Positions 47,478-56,489 of a DNA stretch of 64,000 nt are shown here, in pieces; positions within the stretch are counted from its first letter, which is position 1, and every line of letters starts with the position of its first letter. The notes under the pieces were generated by a model. The model saw nothing but the letters and a program-made list of their open reading frames with translations, was not told the origin of the DNA and did not search any database. The stretch comes from an uncultured Microbacteriaceae bacterium (lineage in GTDB: Bacteria > Actinomycetota > Actinomycetes > Actinomycetales > Microbacteriaceae). Location of the stretch: NCBI GenBank assembly GCA_903859205.1, contig CAIOLM010000018.1:10895-74894 (forward strand). The letters run 5' to 3'. A program made the position numbers and the translations under genes.

Positions 47478-47909
47478 CTACTTGACCTTGAGCCCGGTGA
47501 TCTTGATCGGGGCAGCGAGGTCGTTGCACAGCGTCACGATTTTGGTCGGCATGCCGGTGTTCCAAATCGTGATTTGAGTGTCTTTTGATGCGCCGACGCC
47601 CGCCTTATTCACGGCCGTGGCGTATTCGCCCAGGAGCTTCTTGAGCGAATCCGTGTTCGGAATCTTCGATGCAGCGTCGATGCCCGGAATGAAGATTCCC
47701 CATGCTCCAAGCCACGCGGCCTGCTTTGCTTTGTCGTCGGGGTGAGCCATGGCATCGTTGGCCGCGCTGTCGTAACCCGATTGAGCGGCAGCGAATGCCT
47801 GGCAGGCAGCGATGTCTCGTACGTCGCCCATCTCGTAGCAGGCCGAGAGGGCCGACAGGGTCAGGGCCCCTGCAGAAACGAGGGCGAGGACGCGCAACCG
47901 TGTGTTCAT
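47478..47909 (-). CDS. Lipoprotein, function unknown
   Basis: 143 aa; lipobox LSALSAC. Last gene of the GntR-DUF3500-SnoaL string. Confidence 0.65.
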   Translation of the reverse strand: MNTRLRVLALVSAGALTLSALSACYEMGDVRDIAACQAFAAAQSGYDSAANDAMAHPDDKAKQAAWLGAWGIFIPGIDAASKIPNTDSLKKLLGEYATAVNKAGVGASKDTQITIWNTGMPTKIVTLCNDLAAPIKITGLKVK

Positions 47910-47918
47910 GGGTTCAGC

Positions 47919-48326
47919 CTAGGGCTGGTGCCAGATGCGATTGATGTTCAGCTCGCGAATCCGCCAGGATCCGGCAGTCAGGGCAATTGTCACGGTGTAG
48001 GCCCCGAGGGTGGTGCGAACGGGGTCCGGCCTGAATTCGTCACGTTGGTAGTTTGCGGTGAGCACGAAAGTTTCGAGTGTGGGGCCCTCGAAGACCTGAA
48101 CGTTGGTGATGGTGTGACGGTGCGGCTCGGGCGGGGCCCAGAGTTTTGTGAAATGTGCCTCAATCGCGTCAGGTGTTTCTAGGCGAGTGTCCCCGAACAC
48201 CACAACAGCATCAGACAGGATTTGCCGAGCGGCCGTTGGGTTCTTGGTGTCGGAAGTCTGCGCATAGGCAAACAGCAGGCTCTCGCCGATGTGGCGATAG
48301 AGCGCCATGGTTTCGATCGAGGTCAC
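47919..48326 (-). CDS. SnoaL-like / NTF2-fold protein
   Basis: 135 aa. Typical fold-size protein ending ...TIALTAGSWRIRELNINRIW. Start/stop overlap with the upstream DUF3500 gene. Confidence 0.55.
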   Translation of the reverse strand: MTSIETMALYRHIGESLLFAYAQTSDTKNPTAARQILSDAVVVFGDTRLETPDAIEAHFTKLWAPPEPHRHTITNVQVFEGPTLETFVLTANYQRDEFRPDPVRTTLGAYTVTIALTAGSWRIRELNINRIWHQP

Positions 48327-49579
48327 TACTTGCCTTCCTTCTCGAAGTACTGCTTGACCAAGGCCTTGCCGTAGTCGTTTCCGTTGGGGGTGCGCACGAC
48401 CGTGTGCATATGGAACCGTCCGGGGTGATCATTGTTCAAGAAGACACCGCAGTGGTGGTCGATCTCGATGAGGACTACCGGCGACTGGATGCGCAGGTAG
48501 TAGACATCTTCGCGTTCGGTGCCGCCAATCCACGAGAAGTAGGTCTGGTCGTAGTGGGCCTCAATCTCGCGCTGACGAACCCGACGCGGGCCTTCGGGCA
48601 GATACGCGATGAAGTCAGAGACGAATGCGCTGACCGCACTGCGAGCTTCGGCCGAGACCTCGTCAAGACGGACCCCCTCATAGGGGATAACCCGGTTGTC
48701 TTGAAACGCTCCGCCGAGGTGCAGCCCATCACCGGGGTGGTAGCGTCCCTCGGGCATGCGCGGGTCGTTCATCATGTCGTCGTAGATGACGGCCTTCGCG
48801 CGCTGGGCTTCGGTGAGTTCATCCATGATCTTGTGGCCGAGTTCGATGCGCCCAGCGAAGACGACAACACCCTTTTCGGGCCCGTCGTCGATGAGGTCAG
48901 GCTCGGCAGCCAGGAACACGGGCGTGATGATCATTTGAGTGCCTACGACGAGGCAGTTGAAAACGACGTGGTGTCCGTACCAGTGCCATCCCCACGGAGC
49001 AGTCAGGGAGGGGACACCGTAGATGGCGAAGTTGTAGCTGAACTCGTTCATGATGTGCGGGATGCCATTGATGCCGCCAAGGAAGGCATTGATCTTCATG
49101 AGGTCGCGAGCGAACGCGTAGCCCTGAGGGCTCAGGCTCGCGGCGAGTACGGCGAGGGCGCCCGCTTTGGTGGAGTCGGGTTCGAACTCCATTCGCAGGC
49201 CGATGTCGTGCTGCATGAACTCGGGGTTGGCCCAGCCCTGCCACTCTTTTGCGGTGACTTCGTACTGAACCTTGGCACGCTGCTCGTCGGTGAGGCTCGC
49301 CAGAAACGCGTTGGCGGCTTCGACCATGCTGGCAGTCGGAGCTTCGTCCCCGGCGGGAACTGCTTCGAGCGAGTAAAGGTTGTCAATGACGTTGCCGTCG
49401 TTGGTCACACCGACAAAGTCGTTGAAGTAGAGCGGGGTCCATCCCTTGATGAGCTGTCCGGTAAAACCGTCGACTTTGGCGGCTTCGCGGTACTCGTAAG
49501 CGTCCTTAATTTTGCGGATGCCCTGCAAGCGCGCGTCATCGTAGGGAATCAGATAGCTACGAAATTCTGACTCTGTCAT
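48326..49579 (-). CDS. DUF3500 domain protein
   Basis: C-terminal signature YFSWIGGTEREDVYYLRIQSPVVLIEIDHH.GVFLNNDHPGRFHMHTVVRTPNGNDYG matches my memory of the DUF3500 pattern (..YYRIQGP.FLIEYDN...NHIH...R....D.G). Trimmed to ATG 49579 (AAGGAAAG SD); track start 49660. Confidence 0.65.
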   Translation of the reverse strand: MTESEFRSYLIPYDDARLQGIRKIKDAYEYREAAKVDGFTGQLIKGWTPLYFNDFVGVTNDGNVIDNLYSLEAVPAGDEAPTASMVEAANAFLASLTDEQRAKVQYEVTAKEWQGWANPEFMQHDIGLRMEFEPDSTKAGALAVLAASLSPQGYAFARDLMKINAFLGGINGIPHIMNEFSYNFAIYGVPSLTAPWGWHWYGHHVVFNCLVVGTQMIITPVFLAAEPDLIDDGPEKGVVVFAGRIELGHKIMDELTEAQRAKAVIYDDMMNDPRMPEGRYHPGDGLHLGGAFQDNRVIPYEGVRLDEVSAEARSAVSAFVSDFIAYLPEGPRRVRQREIEAHYDQTYFSWIGGTEREDVYYLRIQSPVVLIEIDHHCGVFLNNDHPGRFHMHTVVRTPNGNDYGKALVKQYFEKEGK

Positions 49580-49634
49580 TTCTTTCCTTTCGGTCCTCGA
49601 CGTGGTCGTCGAGACGTTCAGCGCGGGTGGTTGG

Positions 49635-50327
49635 TTAGGTGGTGCTGTTGTGGGTGGCAACGGCCTTGCGGGCGGTGACTAGGCTGCCGGATGCAATCGC
49701 CTCGACCAATTGGTTGTGAACGTCGATGCGATTGTCGAAGTTTTCACTCCACTCGGTGTCGTCGGGAGTGAACTCTGTGGTCTCTGACTTGATGAAGTCG
49801 AGCACGCCGAGATAGAGCGCCTTGGCCAGAGCGTTTGGAGTGATCTCAGCGATGCGCGCGTGTAACTGCCAGTTCGTTGTCATGAACTTTTCGGGCGACA
49901 CTTTTGTTTTGCGCAGGGCGTTCATGAGGGCGCGCAGGTCGACGATGTCGCTCTCGCGGCGATGCGCAGCGGCATCGAGCACGAGCACTTCTTCAAGTGC
50001 CTCTCGAACCACGATGGCATCGGCAACCGAAGTGGCCGAATGGCGCACAGTCAACAGGGTGTGGCGGAGTTTGATCACAGGGGAGGTCTCGGCCACGAAA
50101 AGCCCGCCGTCGCGACCAGGGCGAATCTCCATGACACCGCGCTCGCGAAGAAGTCGAACCGCTTCGCTGACCGTGGCACGAGCGTACCCGGTGGTCTGCT
50201 GGAGCTCGGCTAGCGTACCCACGAAATCACCGGGCTGCTTATTGGCGGCGAGCATCGACTCTTCGAGGCGACTGGCCAAAGTTTCTGCGCGAGAAAGTGG
50301 GGCTTGGCGAAGGTTGTTTGTCAGCAC
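49635..50327 (-). CDS. GntR-family (FadR/FCD-type) transcriptional regulator
   Basis: wHTH GTLAELQQTTGYARATVSEAVRLLRERGVMEIRPGRDGGLFV plus a helical C-terminal domain. GTG start with TACAAT 6 nt upstream. Confidence 0.85.
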   Translation of the reverse strand: MLTNNLRQAPLSRAETLASRLEESMLAANKQPGDFVGTLAELQQTTGYARATVSEAVRLLRERGVMEIRPGRDGGLFVAETSPVIKLRHTLLTVRHSATSVADAIVVREALEEVLVLDAAAHRRESDIVDLRALMNALRKTKVSPEKFMTTNWQLHARIAEITPNALAKALYLGVLDFIKSETTEFTPDDTEWSENFDNRIDVHNQLVEAIASGSLVTARKAVATHNSTT

Positions 50328-50338
50328 CTAAACATTGT

Positions 50339-50353
50339 AACCTTTAGAAGGTT
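50339..50353. promoter_or_regulatory. Inverted repeat AACCTT-TAG-AAGGTT in the 43-bp divergent intergenic region (candidate GntR operator)
   Basis: Perfect 6-bp arms with a 3-bp spacer. It overlaps TTGTAAC and abuts the -10-like box of the regulator gene (one shared base at 50339). It sits 18 nt upstream of the FAH gene ATG. Confidence 0.5.
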
Positions 50354-50370
50354 TTAGGAAAGAGGAAAAA

Positions 50371-51231
50371 ATGAAACTCATCGGAATTCGTTTGCCCGGC
50401 GAGACGGCCGTTCATGTGGCTCGGCGTCTCGATGCAAGTCACGCCCAGATTATCGACGAGCTCAACGCCTTCTGGGCAGACCCATTCGCGGCCACCCGCC
50501 GCTCGGCAACGGGCAAGCAGATTGACCTGTCGACGGTGACTGTCGTTCCCCCGGTGCTTCCCGGGGCGAAGGTGTTCTGCATCGGCTTGAACTATCACGC
50601 GCACGTTGCCGAGGGCTCGTACAAGAACGATGATCTTCCCGAGTACCCGACGCTGTTCTCTCGCTGGACCTCCACTCTCGTCGTCGATGGCACGCCAATC
50701 CCTGTTCCTGCGAACGAAGAGGGCATCGACTGGGAGTGCGAGATTGCCGCCTTCGTGGGCAAGCCGATTGTGGATGCCGACGCCGACTCTGCCCGGGCAT
50801 CCGTGTTCGGCTACGCCGCGTTCAACGACGTCACCTCGCGGTGGGCACAGAAGGTCACTTCGCAATGGATTTTGGGCAAGAACGGTGACAACTCCGGACC
50901 CCTCGGAGACCTGGTCACCGTCGATGAGGCGGGTGACCTGCGCGACGGTCTGCGGGTGCAGACCCGCGTGAACGGCGTTATCGCCCAAGACGGGAATACC
51001 CGCGACATGATTTACGAGCTTGGTGAAGTGCTCGCTCACATCTCGCAGACAATCACACTGCGCCCGGGCGACCTCATCGCCACCGGCACCCCCGAGGGTG
51101 TCGGCTACGCCCGCACGCCCAAGTGGCTGCTGCACCCCGGCGACCAGGTCGAGGTTGAGATCGAGCGCATCGGCAAGGTCTCGAACCCGATTGTCGGCAA
51201 CGAGTTCCGCCACGCAGCGGTCAAGGCCTAA
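50371..51231 (+). CDS. Fumarylacetoacetate hydrolase (FAH) family protein
   Basis: KVFCIGLNYHAHVAE...WECEIAAFVGK...GDLIATGTPEGVG. Strong SD AGGAAAGAGGA. Confidence 0.85.
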   Translation: MKLIGIRLPGETAVHVARRLDASHAQIIDELNAFWADPFAATRRSATGKQIDLSTVTVVPPVLPGAKVFCIGLNYHAHVAEGSYKNDDLPEYPTLFSRWTSTLVVDGTPIPVPANEEGIDWECEIAAFVGKPIVDADADSARASVFGYAAFNDVTSRWAQKVTSQWILGKNGDNSGPLGDLVTVDEAGDLRDGLRVQTRVNGVIAQDGNTRDMIYELGEVLAHISQTITLRPGDLIATGTPEGVGYARTPKWLLHPGDQVEVEIERIGKVSNPIVGNEFRHAAVKA

Positions 51232-51235
51232 TCGC

Positions 51236-52429
51236 ATGGCTGGGCCACTCGCGGGAGTCACCGTTCTCGACCTGAGTCGGGCACTCGCTGGCCCTTTCTG
51301 CACCGCGCTCTTGGCCGACCTCGGCGCCACCATCATCAAGGTCGAGAGCATCAAGGGCGGCGACATCACACGAGCGTGGCCACCTTTCGAGAATGAGCAC
51401 AGTCTGTACTTTGAGTCGATTAACCGGGGCAAGAGCTCGCTCGCGCTCGACTTCTACAGCGCGCAGGGTCAGTCCCTTCTTCGTGACATGGCCTTGAACT
51501 CAGATGTGATCGTCGAGAACTTTCGCTCTGGCGTGATGAGCGAGATGGGTCTTGACCCCGATGAGCTCCGCGCGGCCAAGCCGGAGCTGGTCGTTGCTTC
51601 GATATCGGGGTTCGGTGAGGTCGGGCCACTGGCTGAGTCAGCCGGACTCGATCAAGTTGCTCAGGCGATGTCGGGATTAATGTCAGTCACCGGCCCGAAC
51701 GCTGCCGAGTTCTACCGATTCGGCATCCCAATTATCGACACCGTCTCAGGCATCTTTAGCGCGCTCGGCATCGTCACTGCACTTTTGGCCCGGAGCTCGT
51801 CAGGCGAGGGTGCGATCGTCAGCACCTCACTTCTTGAATCGGCACTCGCCATCTCCTCGTTCCAAGGTCAGCGCGTTCTCAGTACCGGAGTCGCCCCTAT
51901 CCCAACGGGTAACGACCACCCGTCACTCACCCCTTACGGCGTCTATCAAGCTTCTGACGGGCCGCTCGTCATCGCCGTCGGCAACGACAAACAGTGGGCT
52001 CAGTTCTGCACGATTCTTGGCGAGCCCGAGCTGGCAACGGATGCACGCTTCACCTCGGGGCGCGACCGCACTGCGAATCGCCCGGTGTTGAGGCAAGCTC
52101 TCGAGCGACTACTCGCCGTGCACACGGCCATCGAGTGGACGCAGCGCATCAGAGAGGCGGGAATTCCCGTCGGGCCGATCTACACCTACGATCAGGTCTT
52201 TGACGATGAACAGGTGAAGGCGCTGAACATGGTGGTCGAGACACAGCGCAACGACGGCTCCACCCTGCCGCTGGTGCGCGGGCCGCTTTCGTTCAATCAC
52301 GTGCCCACCCCTGTGACTAAGACTCCACCGATGCTCGGCGAAGACACGCGAGCCGTGCTTGCCCGCTACGGCCTGTCGACTCAGGCAATCGACGAGCTCA
52401 TTGCCGCTGGTGTGGTGAACAACCCGTGA
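51236..52429 (+). CDS. Family III (CaiB/BaiF) CoA-transferase
   Basis: Trimmed to ATG 51236 (MAGPLAGVTVLDLSRALAGPFCTALLADLGATIIKVE). ...VENFRSGVM...; GNDHPSLTPYGVY. Confidence 0.85.
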   Translation: MAGPLAGVTVLDLSRALAGPFCTALLADLGATIIKVESIKGGDITRAWPPFENEHSLYFESINRGKSSLALDFYSAQGQSLLRDMALNSDVIVENFRSGVMSEMGLDPDELRAAKPELVVASISGFGEVGPLAESAGLDQVAQAMSGLMSVTGPNAAEFYRFGIPIIDTVSGIFSALGIVTALLARSSSGEGAIVSTSLLESALAISSFQGQRVLSTGVAPIPTGNDHPSLTPYGVYQASDGPLVIAVGNDKQWAQFCTILGEPELATDARFTSGRDRTANRPVLRQALERLLAVHTAIEWTQRIREAGIPVGPIYTYDQVFDDEQVKALNMVVETQRNDGSTLPLVRGPLSFNHVPTPVTKTPPMLGEDTRAVLARYGLSTQAIDELIAAGVVNNP

Positions 52430-53913
52430 CGCGACCGAGCGCGAACGACCTCTTTACTCAGGTAGCTGACACGGGCACTTTCGTCTCATGGGACATCCCT
52501 CTCATTGACGTTCACCCAAACGACACCTACGCGGCTGAGCTTGCCCGCGCTGCCGAAAAAAGTGGGGTCGACGAGTCGGTCGTTTCGGGCGAGGCCCTCG
52601 TGCGCGGCCGCCGGGTGGCATTCGTCGCGTGTGAGTTTGGTTTTATGGCCGGCACGATAGGCATGGCCGCTGCAGAGCGACTGGTCGCCAGCATCGAGCG
52701 AGCCACCGCTGAAGGCCTACCCCTGCTGGCCGGCCCGGCTTCGGGTGGCACGCGCATGCAGGAAGGCACCCTCGCCTTCATGGCAATGGTCAAGATCTCG
52801 GCCGCCCTGTCTCGGCACAAAGAGGCCGGCCTGCCGTACCTGGTTTACTTGCGCCACCCCACGACCGGTGGGGTTATGGCGACCTGGGGCTCCCTCGGTC
52901 ACCTGACCGTCGCTGAGCCCGGAGCTCTCGTCGGCTTTCTCGGACCCCGCGTGCACGAGGCACTTTTTGGTTTCGCCTTTCCCGAGGGCGTGCAAACCTC
53001 GGAGAACCTCTTTCGACATGGGCTGCTCGACGCGGTCGTTCCGGCCGAGCAACTGCCTGCGATCATTGACCGCGTGCTGGGCATCCTGATGACTCCGCGC
53101 GAGGCGCGATACGCGGATGCCCTGCCCCAGCAACAGCCGATTGACTTCGTTTCGACGGCAGACGCCATCGAGCGCTCACGTCGACGTGACCGCCCGGGCG
53201 TTCGCGCCTTCTTGAAGTTCGCTGCTGACGACGTGCTCCCCCTGAACGGAACCGGTGAGGGCGAACACGACCCCGGAGTCATTCTGGCGCTCGCCCGGTT
53301 CGGCGGAGTCTCCTGCGTGATTATGGGTCAAGACCGCGTGAGCCAGCGCACCGGAAAGCCACTCGGTCCGGCTGCTCTGCGCGAGGCTCGTCGAGGAATG
53401 CGACTGGCCCTTGAGCTCAAGCTCCCGCTCGTGACCGTGATTGATACCCCCGGTGCGGCCCTCACTCGCGAGGCCGAAGAGGGTGGTCTTGCGCAAGAGA
53501 TTGCGCGCTGTCTGTCAGACCTCACCACGATTGAGACGGCCGTCGTGTCAATCATCCTCGGTGAAGGAACCGGCGGCGGCGCCATCGCCCTGTTACCCGC
53601 CGACTACACAATCGCCGCACAGAACGGATGGCTCGCACCGTTGCCACCCGAGGGGGCAAGCGCGATCATCCACCGAGATCTGACGCATGCGATGGAGATG
53701 GCTGAAGCACAGGGGGTTTCGTCGCAGGATCTCCTGGCAAATGGGATCGTCGACCTGGTCGTGGCCGAGATGCCGGATTCAGCCGATGAACCTGCCGACT
53801 TCGCCCGCCGCTTGGCTGCCAACCTCGAGCAGACGCTCGCCCATCTCTCGAAGCGAACCGGACGCGAACTCGTCAAGGCTCGCTACGAGCGCTATCGCAC
53901 CCTCGGGCTCTGA
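52426..53913 (+). CDS. Single-chain carboxyltransferase: AccD-like (beta) + AccA-like (alpha) halves fused
   Basis: N-terminal half: FGFMAGTIGMAAAERL...SGGTRMQEGTLAFMAMVKISAAL (AccD pattern, no Zn-ribbon). C-terminal half: LPLVTVIDTPGAALTREAEEGGLAQEIARCL...IILGEGTGGGAIAL...PEGASAI (AccA pattern). GTGA overlap with the CoA-transferase stop. Confidence 0.8.
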   Translation: MTRPSANDLFTQVADTGTFVSWDIPLIDVHPNDTYAAELARAAEKSGVDESVVSGEALVRGRRVAFVACEFGFMAGTIGMAAAERLVASIERATAEGLPLLAGPASGGTRMQEGTLAFMAMVKISAALSRHKEAGLPYLVYLRHPTTGGVMATWGSLGHLTVAEPGALVGFLGPRVHEALFGFAFPEGVQTSENLFRHGLLDAVVPAEQLPAIIDRVLGILMTPREARYADALPQQQPIDFVSTADAIERSRRRDRPGVRAFLKFAADDVLPLNGTGEGEHDPGVILALARFGGVSCVIMGQDRVSQRTGKPLGPAALREARRGMRLALELKLPLVTVIDTPGAALTREAEEGGLAQEIARCLSDLTTIETAVVSIILGEGTGGGAIALLPADYTIAAQNGWLAPLPPEGASAIIHRDLTHAMEMAEAQGVSSQDLLANGIVDLVVAEMPDSADEPADFARRLAANLEQTLAHLSKRTGRELVKARYERYRTLGL

Positions 53914-53962
53914 GTGGCCGCCGCGTGGGAAGATTGTTCCACGCGCTGAGAGAGGAATTCGA

Positions 53963-55189
53963 TTGCAACGGCCGGCAACTAAAGCACTTCTCTACGTGCT
54001 GAACGTTGCCCTCGGTGGCGTCACAAGTCTGCTCGCAATCCCGGTAATCATTTCGGTCGTTGGTGCGGCGACGTGGGGTTCCCTGGCCGTGGCCCAAGCG
54101 ATCGGAGCAATATTTGCCGTCGGTGTCGGATTCGGATGGGGCATCATCGGCCCCGCGCAGGTGGCAGGCCTGACCGCGAGCGCACGCGGACAATTCTTTA
54201 AAGACTCCTTGGTCTCACGCGTACTACTTTTTGCCTGCGCGCTTCCCGCATACATCGTCACGGTTCTCGTGGTGCTCGGCACTCGAGCCGACATCGGGGC
54301 GTTCCTCATTGGTGGTATCTCGACAGTGCTCGTTGCCGTTGGCTCTGGCTGGTTCTTTGTGGGAGAGGCTCAGCCCGCTCGTCTCCTGGCTAACGAGTCA
54401 GTACCCCGAGCACTCGGTACTATCGCCGGCGCGGCGCTGCTCTTCGTGACGCACAGCTTGGTGTTGTTTGTTGTCGTGCAGTTGGTGGGCATCTTGATTT
54501 CGATTGGGATGACCACCCGCAGCATCAACGCCCGCCACCGCGATGGCGCGCTCAACTTGTCGGTACGCCAGGGTTTCACGAGGCTCAAGGCCTCCTACGC
54601 ATCGATGGTGACCGCGGGAACGGCCGCTCTGTACGTCAATGTGCCGCTGATCGTGGTGTCGGCTGTGGTTCCCCTGGCAACGCCCGTTTATGCAGCCGCC
54701 GAGAAGATTCAGCGCTTCGCACTGCTCGCGATGAGTCCGTTTACGCAGGTTGTCCAGGGCTACATTCCCAATGCAGATGATGTGGCAGGAATCAGGCAGC
54801 GCATCGTTCGCTCGGTCGGCGTTGCGTTGGGTTTCGGTGTTGCGCTCGCGGCGGTGCTTGGTGCCTTATTGCCCTGGGGCGCCAACATCATCACCGCCGG
54901 AAAAGTGAGCGTGCCGTTTAGCTTGAGTATTCCGATGGGTCTCACCACTGGGCTGATCATGATTTCAGGTGTTACCGGACTCGCCGCACTGGTCGCGCTC
55001 GGTAAGCAGCGCACGGTTGCCTTGAGCACGGTCGTTGGAGCCTGCGTCGGACTTCCTCTAACTATCGCGCTTGGACTGGTTGTTGGCCTCGAAGGAATCG
55101 CCTGGTCAGTGACCCTCAGCGAAGTGCTCGTGCTGGTGATTCAGGCAGTGGCGCTCGCGCGCGCGCTTCCTATTACTGGTCGACGTTGA
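53963..55189 (+). CDS. Polytopic membrane protein, Wzx/MOP-flippase-like
   Basis: Trimmed to TTG 53963 (GAGAGAGG SD 7-8 nt upstream). ~12 hydrophobic helices; overall resemblance to polysaccharide-biosynthesis (flippase) proteins. No glycosyltransferase neighbours. Confidence 0.45.
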   Translation: MQRPATKALLYVLNVALGGVTSLLAIPVIISVVGAATWGSLAVAQAIGAIFAVGVGFGWGIIGPAQVAGLTASARGQFFKDSLVSRVLLFACALPAYIVTVLVVLGTRADIGAFLIGGISTVLVAVGSGWFFVGEAQPARLLANESVPRALGTIAGAALLFVTHSLVLFVVVQLVGILISIGMTTRSINARHRDGALNLSVRQGFTRLKASYASMVTAGTAALYVNVPLIVVSAVVPLATPVYAAAEKIQRFALLAMSPFTQVVQGYIPNADDVAGIRQRIVRSVGVALGFGVALAAVLGALLPWGANIITAGKVSVPFSLSIPMGLTTGLIMISGVTGLAALVALGKQRTVALSTVVGACVGLPLTIALGLVVGLEGIAWSVTLSEVLVLVIQAVALARALPITGRR

Positions 55190-56384
55190 CGCGTCGGCGA
55201 AGGCTAAAACTCACCGCGATTGTCACCAGGCTCGACACAATCAGCATGGTCATGACGATGTTCCAGTCGAGGCCCTGAGCGCGCAGCACGCCCACGATGA
55301 GTGGGCCGGATGCACCGATGAAGTAGCCGCCGGCTGTCGCCATGCCACCGAGCAACACGGCTCCCTGCTGCGAGGCAGTCCGGTAGTTGATTCCGACGAG
55401 AACGATCGAGAAGAGCGACGGCGCGGTACCCGCCAAGACCACCCAGAGCCAGGTGAGTGTTGCTGGCGCCACCATCAGCCCGACGTATCCGGCAATCATC
55501 AGAATCGAGTTCGCGGTAAAGAGACTGCCGATGTTTCCCGACTTGGCAAGCAGCCCCGGAATGAAGAGGCCGGTGACAATGCCCAACGCGGTGTAGAGCG
55601 AGAGCAGCGCGCCGGCATCCGCGGGGCTTGCGCCTGTGCGCTCTGCCAGCATCGCCGGAAGCCATGCGACCATGACGTAAAAGTTAAGGGTGGCAACGGC
55701 GTATCCGGCCAGCAGTGACCAGCTGACGCGGTGACTCCATACCTTTTTGGCCATTCCCGCAACCGGGGCCTCGACCGGAACGGCGGCCGTGGAGTTCCTG
55801 CCTCGAACGAGGGTAATGACCCAGGGAATAACGGCGGCAAACTCGACCAGCGCCCAGACGCCAATTGAGGTCCGCCAGCCTGCCGCCTGCGCAATGGGCA
55901 CGGCAAAGAGCGGGGGATACACGCTCGAGACCACCAACAGCACAACGTAGACGGTGCTGACCGACACAACTCGGTCGGGGAAAAAGCGTTTGATGAGCGC
56001 GGGCAGAAGCATGTTGGCTGCGCCAATGCCCAGCATCGAGACAATCGAGAAGGTAAAGAACATCGAGGATTCACCGGCGAAGGCTCGAACCAACTGGCCG
56101 GTGCCCATGAGCGCTGCGGCGACAAGAATGGCCCACTCGAGAGACAGTCGGCGAACGACAAGTGGCGTGATGAGGCCCATCAGGCCGAAGGTGAAGGGAG
56201 AGAGCATGCCAAGCAAACCGTACGTGACGTCGGTGAGCGCAATGTCTTTCGAGATCTCGGCGGCGATGGGTGGAAACGACGTGATGCCGGTGAGCAGACC
56301 CAGCGAAACGAGCATGATGCCCAGGTAGGGGGCCAATCGTCGTGACGCGGAGGCGGTCGCAGAAGATGTCATGGTCTCAGCCAA
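55173..56384 (-). CDS. MFS transporter (CynX/NimT-like)
   Basis: 403 aa, 12 TM. N-terminal pattern LGIMLVSLGLLTGITSFPPIAAEISKDIALTDVTYGLLGMLSPFTFGL. Confidence 0.75.
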   Translation of the reverse strand: MAETMTSSATASASRRLAPYLGIMLVSLGLLTGITSFPPIAAEISKDIALTDVTYGLLGMLSPFTFGLMGLITPLVVRRLSLEWAILVAAALMGTGQLVRAFAGESSMFFTFSIVSMLGIGAANMLLPALIKRFFPDRVVSVSTVYVVLLVVSSVYPPLFAVPIAQAAGWRTSIGVWALVEFAAVIPWVITLVRGRNSTAAVPVEAPVAGMAKKVWSHRVSWSLLAGYAVATLNFYVMVAWLPAMLAERTGASPADAGALLSLYTALGIVTGLFIPGLLAKSGNIGSLFTANSILMIAGYVGLMVAPATLTWLWVVLAGTAPSLFSIVLVGINYRTASQQGAVLLGGMATAGGYFIGASGPLIVGVLRAQGLDWNIVMTMLIVSSLVTIAVSFSLRRRVNVDQ

Positions 56385-56489
56385 GCACCCAACTGCTCGG
56401 CCTCGTTTGGATGTGAGCGCATAGCTCGAGCACTACACACACCGGCCATCTTCCCGACTTCGACCCGGTTGCGCGCCTAACCTCAACTC

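Noticed and set aside
48155-49570. 471-aa + strand ORF
   Set aside because: It is antisense to the DUF3500 gene. The translation is Val/Gly/Asp/Arg-rich low-complexity sequence with no motifs, which is typical of shadow ORFs in high-GC DNA. The minus strand carries a recognisable family signature and an SD.
50344-51432. 362-aa - strand ORF
   Set aside because: It is antisense to the FAH and CoA-transferase genes, which have clear motifs. The translation is Arg/Gly/Val-rich with no features.
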